Below, piece after piece: positions 12,322 to 25,423 of a stretch of 42,839 nt of DNA. Position numbers and translations under genes: made by a program. The number at the start of each line of letters is the position of its first letter. The first letter of the stretch is position 1. The notes under the pieces are model-generated. The model had not been told where the DNA came from. It was given only the letters and a program-made list of their open reading frames with translations, and made no database searches. This stretch comes from Basidiobolus meristosporus CBS 931.73 (Eukaryota > Fungi > Basidiobolomycota): the NCBI GenBank assembly GCA_002104905.1, contig MCFE01000712.1, forward strand, positions 1-42,839, given 5' to 3'.

Positions 12322-13381
12322 CTAGGTGCGAAGTTTACGCTGGTTGAAGAATGCGAACAGGATCAGGGTGTACACAGTGAGCTTCTCCTTGAGCATGAGA
12401 AGCAACGCCTGGGAGAGAACCGCCTTGTAGATCTGAGCGTCCATTCCCTAAACAAGAGCCAGGTTAGCTGGACGGGCCGATGGACCGAAGAGTGGTGGTG
12501 GTGGTGGTGGATTCACTTACATTGTAAAGCCCCTTGAGGCCGTCCTTCTTCCAAACCTTCTTCAGCACGTCCACCGCGCCGGTGTACCGCTCGTACTGTT
12601 TGGCTCCTTCGGCGTTCTTGGGTGGCTTCCATTGCAGTCTCACCTTGGCCATGATGTAGGGGTAGGTGATCAGGGTGGCCGCGGTTTTGGCCAAGGCGCC
12701 TACCAGGAAGACCTCCAGCGCGGACAATGACTTGCCCCCGGATCTCGCCAGGAACCACTTCTTGATCTTCTCGAAGGCCCCGTAGGTGATGGCCGGGTTG
12801 ACCACCAACACCAGGGATGGTTTGAGACCCTTCCAAAGCCCGGTCCATCCCTCCTCCTCAACGATATCCCACCAGGTTTGCCACAGGGAGCCACGCTCGT
12901 CCGAGGGGGTGGTTTGTTGGCGGGTGCTGACCACCGAGACGGGGATGGTGAATATCTGGGCCAAGGCGCCAGCTCCGGCACCCAAGACAAGCTCCATCGA
13001 GGTGGAGATGTCCTTCACTCTTTTGGCGTAACCGCCGCGGAGGATGGAGTACCAGTAGAAGTAGGCGAAATTCGTGCTGGCCACCCCGATCAACCCCGCG
13101 GGTAGTCCGGCGTACAACCCGGAGATCCCTTCCTTCCGCAAGATCTTCAGGAACGCGTCCCAGGTCGAGGTGTATGCGTCGGCCGACTTGGACTGCACCT
13201 GCATGCGAGTCTTGATGCTGGAGATGGAGGGAGTCGGGTGAGTTCAGGGAAAGAAAGCATGGCAAAGCAAAGAAAAGAAAGGTTACATGTCCAACGGATA
13301 CACTGCAGTGAGGGCCAGAAGAGCACCGCCGGCTCCGGCGACCGCATCGCCAAAAGGGGTTAGCTTCGCTGTGGTGGACAT
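12322..13381 (-). CDS. ANT1: Mitochondrial-carrier-family protein, peroxisomal adenine nucleotide transporter (ANT1/PMP34/SLC25A17-like); exons 13381-13287, 13217-12521, 12447-12322
   Basis: Spliced protein MSTTAKLTPFGDAVAG...YPLDIIKTRMQ has three PxxxxKxR-type carrier motifs (PLDIIKTR, PVSVVSTR, PYIMAKVR). GT-AG introns; CTAAC branch site in intron 2. Confidence 0.88.
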
Positions 13382-14035
13382 GATAGTTGGTTGGTGGGTG
13401 TGAGAGGCGGCGAGGCAACGACTATATAGTTCGGGGGGAGGAAAAAAGGGACGATTCTAGTGCAATACTGGATAAGATAGGATCCGAATTGGCAATTAGA
13501 ATTTCAGAACGTCAATCTGCATCGATATCACGCACCTTAAATACCTAGAAATCCGATTTGCAATATATCATCATCGAAACGCAGAATGACGGTGGGACTA
13601 ATAAATCCTTCCCAACCTCGTGACTGTTCTAAGATAAGCCAACTCTGTACCAAGATCCTCGGGCTCATCGGAGCGAAAGCAATTCATGACCAATCTGTTT
13701 CACTCGACTCATGTGGGATTTGGTAAGCATGAATAGAAAGAGGACGACCACCGGGACGAGGGTGAGGGTGAGGGTGAGGGTCTGGGTCAGGGCCAGGGCC
13801 AGGAGAGGACAGGTGGATCAGTGGCTAGAATCCGACCGAAGTTATGCAAAATGATTAACTCGTAGCGAGCCAAGGATGAGGCCCTAGGGATCTTTAAGCA
13901 ACCTGCCCGACCAGGCCTTCCAAATCGAGTTTTTTTTAGAAAAAAAGGAGAAATTTTATGCGAGGGATATTGGTTTCCTAAGTTTTTTTCGTAACCAACT
14001 CGAGGTGGCCCCTTCCCCTGATACAACCGTCCGGC

Positions 14036-14843
14036 ATGAATCCTTCCAATAGACCCGAGAACGTCGACAAGATCATCAACAGCGTCGAGCGGTACAACCC
14101 AGAGAACTTGCCCGCTTTGGAGAAGTATCTGGCTCACCAATGCTCTGGTCAAGAGCACGATCTGATGGCCAACCTTGCCATCTTGAAGATGTAAGCCCCC
14201 CATGTGGTTGGAAGGCATCTCGACTGAAGGCTAACCCACACTCTGTCCTGTATAGGTACCAGTTCAACCCCCACCTTGTCAACCATCAAATCGTGTGCAG
14301 CATTCTTATCAAGGCCCTCACTGCTATTCCTAACTCGGACTTCAACCTTTGCTTGTACCTGTTGAACGAGCAAATCGTATCCTCTTTTAACCAGACCCAC
14401 CCCCAAGACAACCACTGCTGACCATACTTGTACGTTTATCCCTTAACCTTCCACAGATCAGCGAAGCCTCCGTGGCCAAGGTCATCACCCTTCACAAGAT
14501 CCTCGAAGAAGCCCGCTACCTGGAGTTCTGGAACAAGATTGGAAGCGACGTTGAATACAAGGAGCTGCTCAGTGACGTGGTGGATTTCGAGAAGGAGATC
14601 CGCAGCATGATCGCCAAGAACATCGCCATCACCTACCAAGTGGTCTCCTTGAAGCACCTCGAGGAATACCTGAACATCAAGGGAGATGAGCTTGACAGCT
14701 TCATCAAGGAGCAGGGATGGACCAAGCAGGAGGAGAATGTGACCCTCCCGATCAACAAGGACAACGAGGCCAAGCAGATCGTGATTACCGAGAACATCAA
14801 GTTCGAACAATTGACCAAAATCCTCTGCCACTCCAGCGTGTAA
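14036..14843 (+). CDS. EIF3K: Eukaryotic translation initiation factor 3 subunit K; exons 14036-14190, 14256-14376, 14457-14843
   Basis: ERYNPENL...LAILKMYQFNP...IKALTAIPNSDFNLCLYLL and C-terminal ITENIKFEQL are typical of eIF3k; the GT-AG introns keep the frame. Confidence 0.92.
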
Positions 14844-15113
14844 TCCCATCACCACCCTTCCCACCACAGAACACCACCCATTCATCTGATGAAATAAAAA
14901 GGATTTCCCAACACAGCACGAACTGGCGCACCATCCGCACCATCCTACCATCTCACCATCCATGATCGCACGATGGAGGGGATTTTTTTTTATTTCGAAA
15001 CCCCGACAAAAAATCAGGTCGGCGTCATGGCCAGGGAATCGAGTATTTCAATGGTAAATACGTGACCGACCATCCTTCTTCTCACATCCTCCTCGATTTT
15101 GGTAGATTTCCAA

Positions 15114-16287
15114 ATGGTACGTGTAGCTTAAGCATCCAATGTGTAGTGTCCCATCCATCCCATACTAACCGGTCTCCCCACAGTCTGCTGCCGCTAGACC
15201 CACCATCAACGTCTACTCCGAAGCTGGCAATGGCTCCGTCGCCACTGTCACCCTTCCAGCTGTCTTCAAGGCCCCCATCCGTCCCGACATTGTGAGATTC
15301 GTCCACACCAACATGGCCAAGAACAAGCGTCAAGCCTACGCCGTCTCCGTCAAGGCTGGCCATCAAACCTCTGCCGAGTCCTGGGGTACCGGTCGTGCTG
15401 TTGCCCGTATCCCTCGTGTCGGTGGTGGAGGTACCCACCGCTCCGGACAAGCTGCCTTCGGTAACATGTGCCGTGGTGGTCGTATGTTCGCCCCTACCAA
15501 GATCTGGAGAAAGTGGCACGTCAAGACCAACTTGAACCAAAAGCGCTTCGCCACCGCCTCCGCTTTGGCTGCCTCCGCCATCCCCGCCCTTGTGTTGGCC
15601 CGCGGTCACCGCGTCGAGGGTATCGAGGAAATCCCTCTTGTTATTGCCAACGCCGCCGAGGCCATCACCAAGACCAAGGCTGCCGTCGCCCTTCTTAAGG
15701 CCCTCAACGCTTACAACGACATCGTCAAGGTCGCCAACTCCCGCAAAATCCGCGCCGGAAAGGGCAAGCTCAGAAACCGCCGTCACAGACAACGCCGTGG
15801 TCCCCTTGTTGTGTACAACGAAGACAAGGGTATCGTGCGTGCCTTCCGCAACCTTCCCGGTGTTGAGTTGGTGAACGTGCGTCGTCTCAACCTCCTCCAA
15901 TTGGCCCCTGGTGCACATCTCGGCCGCTTCATCATCTGGACCCAAGGTGCTTTCGAGCTCTTGGACAGCCTGTTCGGTACCTACAAGAAGTCCTCCACCT
16001 TGAAGAAGGACTACGATCTCCCATCACACATCATCTCCAACCCTGATGTCACCCGCATCATCAACTCTGATGAGATCCAATCCGTGTGCCGTGCCGCCGG
16101 TACCAAGCACCAAAAGCGCTCTGTCGCCCAGAAGAAGAACCCTCTCCGCAACAACGGAGTGATGATTCGTTTGAACCCCTACTCCAAGGTCGTCAAGCGC
16201 GCTGAGATCCTCGGCAAAACCCAGAAGGCCAAGAAGGTCCACCTTGCCACCAGCAAGAAGTTCTTGGAAACCCTCAGAGCCGATTAA
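15114..16287 (+). CDS. RPL4: 60S ribosomal protein L4 (uL4); ATG micro-exon 15114-15116, intron 15117-15183
   Basis: ARPTINV...[28 protein letters not shown]...[17 protein letters not shown]...[15 protein letters not shown]. Confidence 0.98.
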
Positions 16288-16959
16288 TCGCTCTGCCCCT
16301 GCCCTGCCCCTGCCCCCACCCATTCTTTCCACATCTGAACCATGAATAAATCGCCAGTTTGGAAAGCACGCACACTATGCTCCCATTGTTCACATTGTAC
16401 CTCATCACTACACAGGTTTGGCTAAGGGCCCAATATATACGGGTGGATGAGAGACCACTAGGACCGCTAGCTGGCCCATTATTAGTCTAATCAGCTATCA
16501 GCCCCTTGGCACGGAATATGCAGCCATCTCCATTATATGATTTAGGGGCTAAGCAGAGCATGAGCGAGTCGGTGCGATTTTCACGACAATTACCCACCGA
16601 CGAATGTGAAACCCCATTGGTTTCCTCCCTGAATTCTCGTCCGAGCCCCTCGAATCCCCTAAACAATGTCATCCTTGGGATGTGACATGGAATGTTCCTA
16701 TTGCGACCCACATCCAACCGCTGCTTGAATGCACCGACATTGTTCGTTGAGATGACGAGCTCCCCGTCCACTTCCTATAAATACCACCATTCCGGGTGTC
16801 TAGTGAGATCATTAGATAACGCTCTTATCTATCCCACAGTCTTCTCTTTCCCTCAAGAAAGAAAGCGCACTGCCTGATCAACTCGAAACAAATCTCGGTC
16901 AATCGTATAAAAAAATCCCTTCCCTTTCTATCCCTGCATCAGGTTGATTCACTGACAAC

Positions 16960-19582
16960 ATGAAATTCTCTTCTGCCAAACTTTTGTTCGTCCTCTCCGG
17001 TGTTGCCGCCATCAATGCTGCCGTCTATGATACCGGCGCCAATGGCAACGGTGGTGGATCCGGTGGTAACGGCGGCGGCCTCTCTGCCTATGATACCAAG
17101 GATCATTCTGGTTTGGGCGGCGGAAGCGGTGGCAATGGTGGAGGTAATGGTGGAAATGGAGGAGGAGCTGGTGGTTATGGACCAGGCAATGGAGGAGGAG
17201 CTGGTGGTAATGGTGGTGGTGCTGGAGCTTATGATACCGGTTCCGGCGGCAACGGAGGAGGATCCGGCGGCAATGGTGGCGGTTCAGGAGGCAATGGCGG
17301 TGGCGCAGGAGGATATGGACCAGGAGGTGGTGCTGGTGGCAACGGCGGAGGATCCGGCGGCAACGGCGGTGGTGCCGGGGCCTATGACACCGGTTCTGGC
17401 GGCAACGGCGGCGGATCTGGTGGTAACGGTGGAGGTTCAGGAGGCAATGGAGGAGGTGCCGGAGGATATGGACCAGGAGGTGGATCTGGTGGTAACGGTG
17501 GAGGATCTGGCGGCAATGGCGGTGGTGCTGGAGGATATGACACCGGCTCTGGCGGTAATGGTGGAGGATCAGGTGGAAACGGCGGCGGATCTGGTGGTAA
17601 CGGTGGTGGTGCTGGAGAATACGGCACCGGCTCTGGTGGCAATGGCGGAGGATCCGGTGGCAATGGTGGAGGATCTGGCGGAAACGGCGGCGGATCTGGT
17701 GGTAACGGTGGTGGTGCTGGAGCATACGACACCGGCTCTGGTGGCAATGGCGGCGGATCTGGTGGTAACGGTGGAGGTTCAGGAGGCAATGGTGGTGGTG
17801 CCGGAGGATATGGACCAGGAGGTGGTGCTGGTGGAAACGGCGGAGGATCCGGTGGTAATGGAGGCGGTGCTGGAGCATACGACACCGGCTCTGGTGGCAA
17901 TGGCGGCGGATCTGGCGGTAACGGTGGAGGTTCAGGAGGCAATGGTGGTGGTGCCGGAGGATATGGACCAGGAGGTGGTGCTGGTGGCAACGGCGGAGGA
18001 TCCGGCGGCAACGGTGGAGGTGCTGGAGGATACGACACCGGCTCTGGCGGCAATGGTGGCGGATCTGGCGGTAACGGTGGAGGTTCAGGAGGCAATGGTG
18101 GTGGTGCCGGAGGATATGGACCAGGAGGTGGTGCTGGTGGCAACGGCGGAGGATCCGGCGGCAACGGTGGTGGTGCTGGAGGATACGACACCGGCTCTGG
18201 AGGCAATGGCGGAGGATCTGGTGGAAACGGTGGAGGATCTGGTGGCAATGGTGGTGGTGCAGGTGCTTACGACACTGGATCTGGCGGCAACGGCGGCGGT
18301 TCCGGTGGTAATGGTGGTGGTGCCGGAGGAAATGGCGGAGGATCCGGCGGTAACGGTGGTGGTGCCGGAGCATATGATACCGGCTCTGGCGGCAATGGCG
18401 GAGGATCTGGTGGTAACGGTGGTGGTTCAGGAGGCAACGGAGGCGGTGCTGGCGGATATGGACCAGGAGGTGGTGCTGGCGGTAATGGTGGAGGATCTGG
18501 CGGCAATGGTGGTGGTGCTGGAAGTTACGATACCGGCTCTGGCGGTAACGGCGGAGGATCCGGTGGAAACGGCGGTGGTTCAGGAGGTAATGGCGGTGGT
18601 GCCGGAGGATATGGACCAGGAGGTGGTGCTGGTGGCAATGGTGGAGGATCTGGCGGTAACGGCGGTGGCTCTGGAGCATACGATACCGGCTCTGGCGGTA
18701 ATGGTGGTGGCTCAGGAGGCAATGGCGGAGGTGCCGGAGGATATGGACCAGGTGGAGGGGCTGGTGGAAACGGTGGAGGATCCGGCGGCAACGGTGGTGG
18801 TGCTGGAGGATACGATACCGGCTCTGGAGGTAACGGTGGAGGATCTGGTGGTAACGGTGGTGGATGCTGGCGGCAATGGTGGAGGCTCAGGAGGCAATGG
18901 CGGTGGTGCCGGAGGATATGGACCAGGAGGCGGTGCTGGTGGCAACGGCGGCGGTAACGGTGGTGGTGCTGGAGGATACGATACTGGCTCAGGCGGTAAT
19001 GGCGGAGGATCCGGTGGCAATGGCGGCGGTTCGGGAGGTAACGGCGGTGGTGCCGGTGGATATGGACCAGGAGGTGGTGTTGGTGGCAATGGTGGAGGAT
19101 CCGGCGGTAACGGCGGTGGCTCTGGAGCATACGACACTGGCTCTGGCGGTAATGGCGGCGGATCTGGCGGTAACGGTGGCGGTTCAGGAGGCAATGGTGG
19201 AGGTGCCGGAGGATATGGACCAGGAGGCGGTGCTGGTGGCAACGGCGGAGGATCCGGTGGCAACGGCGGCGGTGCTGGAGCATATGACACCGGCTCTGGC
19301 GGTAATGGCGGAGGATCCGGTGGTAATGGTGGTGGTGCCGGAGGAAATGGCGGAGGATCCGGCGGCAACGGTGGTGGTGCTGGAGGATACGACACTGGCT
19401 CTGGCGGTAATGGCGGCGGATCTGGCGGTAACGGTGGTGGTTCAGGAGGTAATGGCGGTGGTGCCGGAGGATATGGACCAGGAGGTGGTGCTGGAGGCAA
19501 TGGTGGTGGTGCTGGCGGCAATGGTGGCGGATCTGGCGGCAATGGTGGTTATGATACATCTGACCATGCCGGAGCTTACTAA
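16960..19582 (+). CDS. Secreted glycine/asparagine/tyrosine-rich repeat protein (about 873 aa if one extra base near 18864-18866 is removed)
   Basis: Signal-peptide-like start MKFSSAKLLFVLSGVAAINA; TATA-like tataaaaaa at 16906. GGNGGG(S/A) units are punctuated by GAYDTGS and GGYGPGGGA. The same repeats continue in the next frame after 18864 to TAA at 19582. Confidence 0.88.
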
Positions 19583-20273
19583 CACCTTGTTGTCAAATAT
19601 ATCACAAAATCTACATCACTGTGTATCGAAGTATCAATTTACTTGTAGGATAAATATCCCCATTCGTACTAATGCAATAAACGAACCGACCTTTACCGAT
19701 AAATATTCTCCAACTCTGATTCATCTATGGTACGAATTTTCGAGACACAATCACATCGAAAGTGCAAACTGAGGCCCTTTGGTCATGGCAATGTGATTTG
19801 CCCATCGCCCCACCGAATCCGGAAGGTATGATGAAGAAATTTCGTGGATGTTGGTCATGTTGACATGATCCACCAATGAGCGCCAGGAACCTTTAAATTG
19901 GCAGAAAATTCCAATGACATGTTGCTAAATTGAATAAATATCCAAAGTCATATGATGAACGGGGACCATTGAGGCATACGCACAAGGCAGCACAGCCTGA
20001 AAATTCGAGAAATCCACCAGACCTAGGTTTAACTTAATTAAGCCAATTCAGAAGAAAATGGTGCATTTTTCTAGCCAATCCGGTCGGCTGTTCCACCGTA
20101 TACAAGAGGGCGACTCTACTGGACCGCCTAGAAAAAGCCAACCTTATTTCTGTTAAAGTTCATATCTTTTCAGCATTGTTTTTGGACTTGGCACCGGGAA
20201 TCCACTAAAAACCACCCTCACCACCGCACCATACATATTCCCACCCTTTTATCGTGTCAGAGTTGAAGCCGAT

Positions 20274-21064
20274 ATGCGTTACGGCTACGTAGAAGGTAGG
20301 CGGAATTCACTTTTAACTGAACGACTTCTAGCCAGAACTCGAACTGATAGGGTGCTCCATGTTTATTAGACTGCAATGAAGGTATCAACGGGTTGTTCAC
20401 CCGTGTTGTTACCCCACCACTGCTTTCCAAGATAGGCCTCTCCTCACAACACCCGAAGTTCGCCTTCATCGGGTACAAAAAGAGTATACTCAAGTGGTTG
20501 ACCGAGCACCAACAGATCGTCGTGGAGTTGAAAGACTCAGCGAGGCAAAGAGATCTGCGGGACGTCACCTTCGAAATCTCCAACGTCTACAGTCTGCCGT
20601 TCTCCCCGTGTCGGGTCGTCATTCGTCCCTCCAAAAACCAGGATTACACCGAGCCTATACCGGGCTCGCCGGAGTATTTCGACAACACTCGGCTGATCGT
20701 GGTGGAGTCCGGAAGGAAGCTGAAGGATGTGTTGCCTTTCTTGGACCGATGCTGGACGGACGGACCTAGAGCTCGTTACGTGGTGAATACCGAGGCGTTG
20801 GACGCCATGGAGAGGGCGGAGCGGGAACGAGAGGAGCGAAGAAATGCCCAATCAGAGCAGGAGGATGGCGAGTGTACGGCAGCGGTTCCTTTCGGACCCT
20901 CGCCTACGTACCATACAGTGGAGTATGGGATCCCCCTGGGCGAAGCACCTACCTATCGAACAATAGATAGTGTGAGATCCGTGGTGAATTCCTTGCCGCG
21001 GTACAACTCCATCAATCGCGATCGTCTATTGGTTAGAGCGGGTGTTCCGCAGGAACAAAGGTGA
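20274..21064 (+). CDS. Hypothetical protein (about 238 aa); predicted exons 20274-20295 and 20370-21064
   Basis: 223-codon ORF with gene-like composition; upstream ATG plus a GTAGGC...TTAG intron restores the frame. No family recognised. Confidence 0.6.
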
Positions 21065-21649
21065 ATAGAGCGATGACCATACCTCAACACCAATTGAATC
21101 CTCTGCTGTTTATATTTATGTACAATAACTGTCGTTCTATCCACTCTCTCCATGTAAAGATCACCCCACCGTTGCGCATTTTCCCATGTAGCCTCTATAA
21201 CCATCCTACACACGCATACACGCACTTCTATATGTTAACCCAGAGCAGGCGGCAAGTGTAACAATACTAATCTTTCCATATTAAACACGCCAACGATAGT
21301 GCATTTGCCTATCACGTCACCAGGCAAGACCGATGTAAATATACAACTGGGTTCACGAGCTATTTATTACTAGCATGATGAAGGTTGTGGAAACCTTCAG
21401 CAGGTATGCTCCGAGATCAAAGGGGGGGGACAAGAAGTAAGGGTCTACCGGGTAAAGCGGTAGGAATGTGTGATGGGGTGGGGAATAACTGAGGGAGATA
21501 CGTGGGGATGGGGTGGGTGAAAGCAGCAAGATGGTGGGGTTATATGGTGTCGATACGGCGAAGGTACCGGAACCAGCATTAATGATGTTAAAAAATACAA
21601 AGAAAGGGAAAATTCGGGGAGAAATATGCTTGTATCTAATAGGAGATTA

Positions 21650-23254
21650 TTACTGTTGGAAATTGAAGCCACCTTGGGGCATGGTGACATCAGATTGGAA
21701 GGTGAAGGCACCAGTGTTGGCATCGACTTGTGGGGCAAGACCGGTATCGTCGTCCTCCTCGTCACCAAAGTATTTGTCAATAATTGTGTAGGCCTTCTGG
21801 TAGATCTGTACGTTGTCGTGGATCTGTAGGTTGTGGATCTTCTCCATGCCTCCGGCTTCCTCGATATAGAGTGCGAATTGGTTTTCGCCAGTCACGTCTT
21901 TGTCAAGCTCGCCAACCTTAAGGATATTCTCCAGTCCATCTAAGGCAACCTGGATAATCTTATTATCCATGCATGTCAAAAGGTCGCACAAAGGCTTTAT
22001 GCACCCAGCGCTGACGAGATATTTCACTTGATCGGGTCTGTTCAGACCACCAGATGTGGCGTTTGAAATGGCCCAGCAAGCCTCCTTCTTGGTTTTGAAG
22101 TCAGCGGTGGCGAGAATGTGAACGAGAGGTGGAATAAGGTTGGAGTCGATCACTGCCTGGATTTGATCGACTGTACCTGCGGTGATGTTGGAGATGGTCC
22201 AGCAGGCCTCTTTTCTGATTCCGTCCTTGGGGCTGGATAGGAGGCTGAGAAGTGCAGGCAAGCATCCAGAGTTGAGCATGATCTGGGTTTGCTGGTCATC
22301 GCCAGTAACGATGTTTCCAACTGCTCTAAGAGACGGAGTCTGTACAGCGGTGGAGTGGTGCATCAAAAGTTCGATGAGGCGGCGGGACACTCCAGACTCG
22401 ATGACAGCCTGGATCTTCTCGTTGGTTCCGTCAGATAAATAAGAGACTGCCCAGCAAGCATCACCCAGGACTTCGTCATCATGTGAAAACAATAGCTTGT
22501 TGAGGGTAGGAAGAGCTGGTGAAATGTATTGCCAATCAGGCTGAGGGTTCTTGCCTCTGCAGAGGTTAGATAATGTCCAGGTGGCGTTGCGAATCAAAGA
22601 GCTCTTTGCGTTCTCATTGAGTAGCTGTAAAAGTGGTGGAAGAACACCGCTTTGAAGGACGTAGTCACGGAAACGAGTAGAATCACCAGCAATATTACCC
22701 AACGCCCAAACAGCTTGCTCTCTGACATCAGGAACAGGGCTGCTCAAGAGCTCAATGAAAATGGGGACAGCACCGCTCTCTAGGACAATTTGGGTTTGGC
22801 TGGAGGAGCCAGATGCAATATTGGTGAGGGCCCAAGCAGCCTCAAATTGGAGGAGAGAATGAGGAGAGCGTAGGAATTCCACAAATCTGCTAACCACACC
22901 GCATGCAATGACCTCCTCAATAGGAGGGTTGGTTTCTTTGGAAAGGAGCTTGCGGAATTTGGTACAGGCTTGGAGTTGCTCGTCCACATTCTCGGAGTAA
23001 AGACCTTGAACTAGGCCAGGGAGTTGAGCCTCCAGTTCAGCAGCCATAGCCATAGAGACACTGTCTTCATCTTCACTGTCGGACATATCCCCGGTTGGGA
23101 GGACCATATTTCTCTTTTTGGCAAGGTTCTCTTCACGCTTTTGCCTACGAATTTCGACCTGCGCCTCCTCACGTCGGCGTCTTATCTCATCTGACTTGAA
23201 CAGCCCTTTGGCCTTGTATGCGTTACGTCTGTGCTCAGGGACTTTCGAATCCAT
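21650..23254 (-). CDS. SRP1: Importin subunit alpha (karyopherin alpha), 534 aa, intronless
   Basis: IBB domain ([24 protein letters not shown]), ARM repeats ([40 protein letters not shown]), C-terminal IIDKYF and GGFNF. Confidence 0.98.
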   Translation of the reverse strand: MDSKVPEHRRNAYKAKGLFKSDEIRRRREEAQVEIRRQKREENLAKKRNMVLPTGDMSDSEDEDSVSMAMAAELEAQLPGLVQGLYSENVDEQLQACTKFRKLLSKETNPPIEEVIACGVVSRFVEFLRSPHSLLQFEAAWALTNIASGSSSQTQIVLESGAVPIFIELLSSPVPDVREQAVWALGNIAGDSTRFRDYVLQSGVLPPLLQLLNENAKSSLIRNATWTLSNLCRGKNPQPDWQYISPALPTLNKLLFSHDDEVLGDACWAVSYLSDGTNEKIQAVIESGVSRRLIELLMHHSTAVQTPSLRAVGNIVTGDDQQTQIMLNSGCLPALLSLLSSPKDGIRKEACWTISNITAGTVDQIQAVIDSNLIPPLVHILATADFKTKKEACWAISNATSGGLNRPDQVKYLVSAGCIKPLCDLLTCMDNKIIQVALDGLENILKVGELDKDVTGENQFALYIEEAGGMEKIHNLQIHDNVQIYQKAYTIIDKYFGDEEDDDTGLAPQVDANTGAFTFQSDVTMPQGGFNFQQ

Positions 23255-24532
23255 TTTGGTGGTAGTGGTGGTATGGAGCAAAAGAGTGGCTATATCACAA
23301 TAAGGAACGATGAGAAAGAGATTCAATTGGTTTCAACTGATGATGAACTCTTTTAACAACGGAGAAAAAAAAAGGTAAAATGGTATTGAGAATGATGGTA
23401 TTGATTTCGTAGGGATGTTTTTGGTCAATGCAGAATAGCCGACAATTACTGGATTTCTGCCATTTTCCACCAAATGATTCGAATATTTATTTATTTATTT
23501 TGATGAAGGGTCAGGTTTAATCATAATAAATATCAAAAATTCATGGTCGGTGTTAGGTGTTGGTTGAATGCTGCTGTGATTAATGGGTGGCCGGTGATGC
23601 GGGATGTATAATGGGTGATGGGTGATGTGTAATGACCGATGGGTAGTAATTATCTGATTTCTGGCATCGATTGCGGCTGTGGGGTAGTTGGTAGTTGTAA
23701 AGGTATTTCACCAAATACACTCTCGTGATAGGCTAGTTTCTTTTTCATAGTATCTTCTCATTGGGTGTGTATTAAGGTTATTCCATCATATTCGATGACG
23801 TTCGAGCATTTCAATGAATGCTCTGTACTACTGTATGGAAAGGTAAAAACTTATGGGACGGCGATGAAAAGTATCAAGCCAGAGTATTTCACCCAAGTGC
23901 CTTTCCCCAAAAACCGGCTCCTATATATATACATATGTATGTGTGCCTCCATCAATCAAGATATGGAAAGCTGGTTCAATTATTCTAATGTATGTTTGTG
24001 GTACAGTTTTGTTTCAAGCGAGCAGACGCAACATTCCTCTCATTACCTGCTATCTGTTTCGACGATTGTGCTCACCCCAGGTGACATGGATCTATGTGTG
24101 TAATCATAGGAACTTCATGAATTTGATTTAAACAACGCACAACTGGCCTTTGAAGCAGATACATTGTCACTTGAAAGTAATAATACAACAGCATGAGGGA
24201 TTGCAAGTGAAAGCTTGCAAAGTCGAGCTAAACATATATACTCCATATTAAGTCCTACCAAGCAATAAAATCTGATATATTGTGGAAAGCTATATACCAA
24301 GTTTGGTGCTGTTTTTTGCTTTACAGTGTAGCACAGTTTTGAAGAATTGACAGAGTATAGGTTGCAAGTAGAAAAGCAAACTATCTTGAGTTAAATACCC
24401 CAATAACTCCTACTAAAGACCTATTCCTAGTGATGTTTGGCTTCCAACCATCTATGACTTATCATGCTAGACCAAATTATTTATGTAGAAGAGCATAGAT
24501 TACAAAACTGGTAGATACAGCTCTGTAATGAG

Positions 24533-24877
24533 TGTTGTAAATTTCGTAATTACACCTAAATATTCACCTAACTTGGTCACTCATTTCATGGTCTATAAAT
24601 CTTAGAGAATTCTGGCCAAATTCCTTGTCGGGATTTACTTTGAATATTTGCATCGAAATATCAAGTACTCAGAACATGAAATACTGAAAACTTGTCCAAG
24701 CAGTCCCAAACCTTGCATACATGTTCTTGGGTCCTTCCTGGGCATATTATGCGTGTTTTTTCTGCCAAGACCTTGGAGCAGTATAATTACTACTTTATTC
24801 AATATATCCTTGAGTGAAAGTCACAAAATCTACTTGTTCTTCCAATCACCTCCATTATCTCTAAAACTCTTACAACA
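24533..24877 (+). mobile_element. Copia-family solo LTR (345 bp) with a perfect 5-bp TSD ATGAG
   Basis: TGTTGTAA...TTACAACA ends; similar to the LTRs of copies A and B; ATGAG at 24528-24532 and 24878-24882. Confidence 0.92.
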
Positions 24878-25149
24878 ATGAGAGCATGCCTCAAGTTTCA
24901 TTATCAAAGTGTTGATTGCCCGTTATGAAGAATCTGTGGTCGTCAATTATGTAGTGGCTATCTTTGTAAGGCAAGTTATATGTGACTGCAGCTTCAATGC
25001 TCAGGCAGCGAAGACATATACATCTTAACCCCTTACTCTTTCTGAGGCTTTCAATACATATTATTGGAACACCATACACAAGTTACTGAGAATTTCATAC
25101 TTGCACTAAGTATTTATGTTAACTCATCATTGTAACATAGCATAGATGT

Positions 25150-25423
25150 TGTTGTAAGTTTTGTAATGGCACCTAACTACTCCATTAACTTGGTTACTTA
25201 GATCACAGCCTCTGAGCCTTAGATTATCTTGCTTATATTCTTTGTCAGGATTTACTTTGAATATTTCACCAGATATCAGGTACTCAAGACGTGAAAAATT
25301 GCAAAGTTGGCCACAACCATGTCAGAGTATAAATACTACTTTTACATTCTAGGAATTATCAAGTGAAAGCTGCATAATCCACTTGTTTTCTCAATCACTT
25401 TCAATCTCTCCAAACTCTTAAAA
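25150..25423 (+). mobile_element. Older, degraded Copia-family solo LTR
   Basis: Starts TGTTGTAAG; shares cacctaac, ttagatca, ggatttactt, agtataaatactacttt and aatcactt motifs; the 3' end is eroded. Confidence 0.7.

Noticed and set aside
12140-13805. GAAGGT/GAGGGT hexamer runs (12140-12212, 13758-13800) as interstitial telomeres
   Set aside because: They are not TTAGGG and have no element tail; ordinary microsatellites.
17000-19559. Long alternative-frame and antisense ORFs (860, 555, 344, 288, 276 aa) over the Gly-rich gene
   Set aside because: They are shadows of GGN repeat codons. Only the 16960 frame has a signal peptide and TATA; the 17000 frame is real only after the frameshift.
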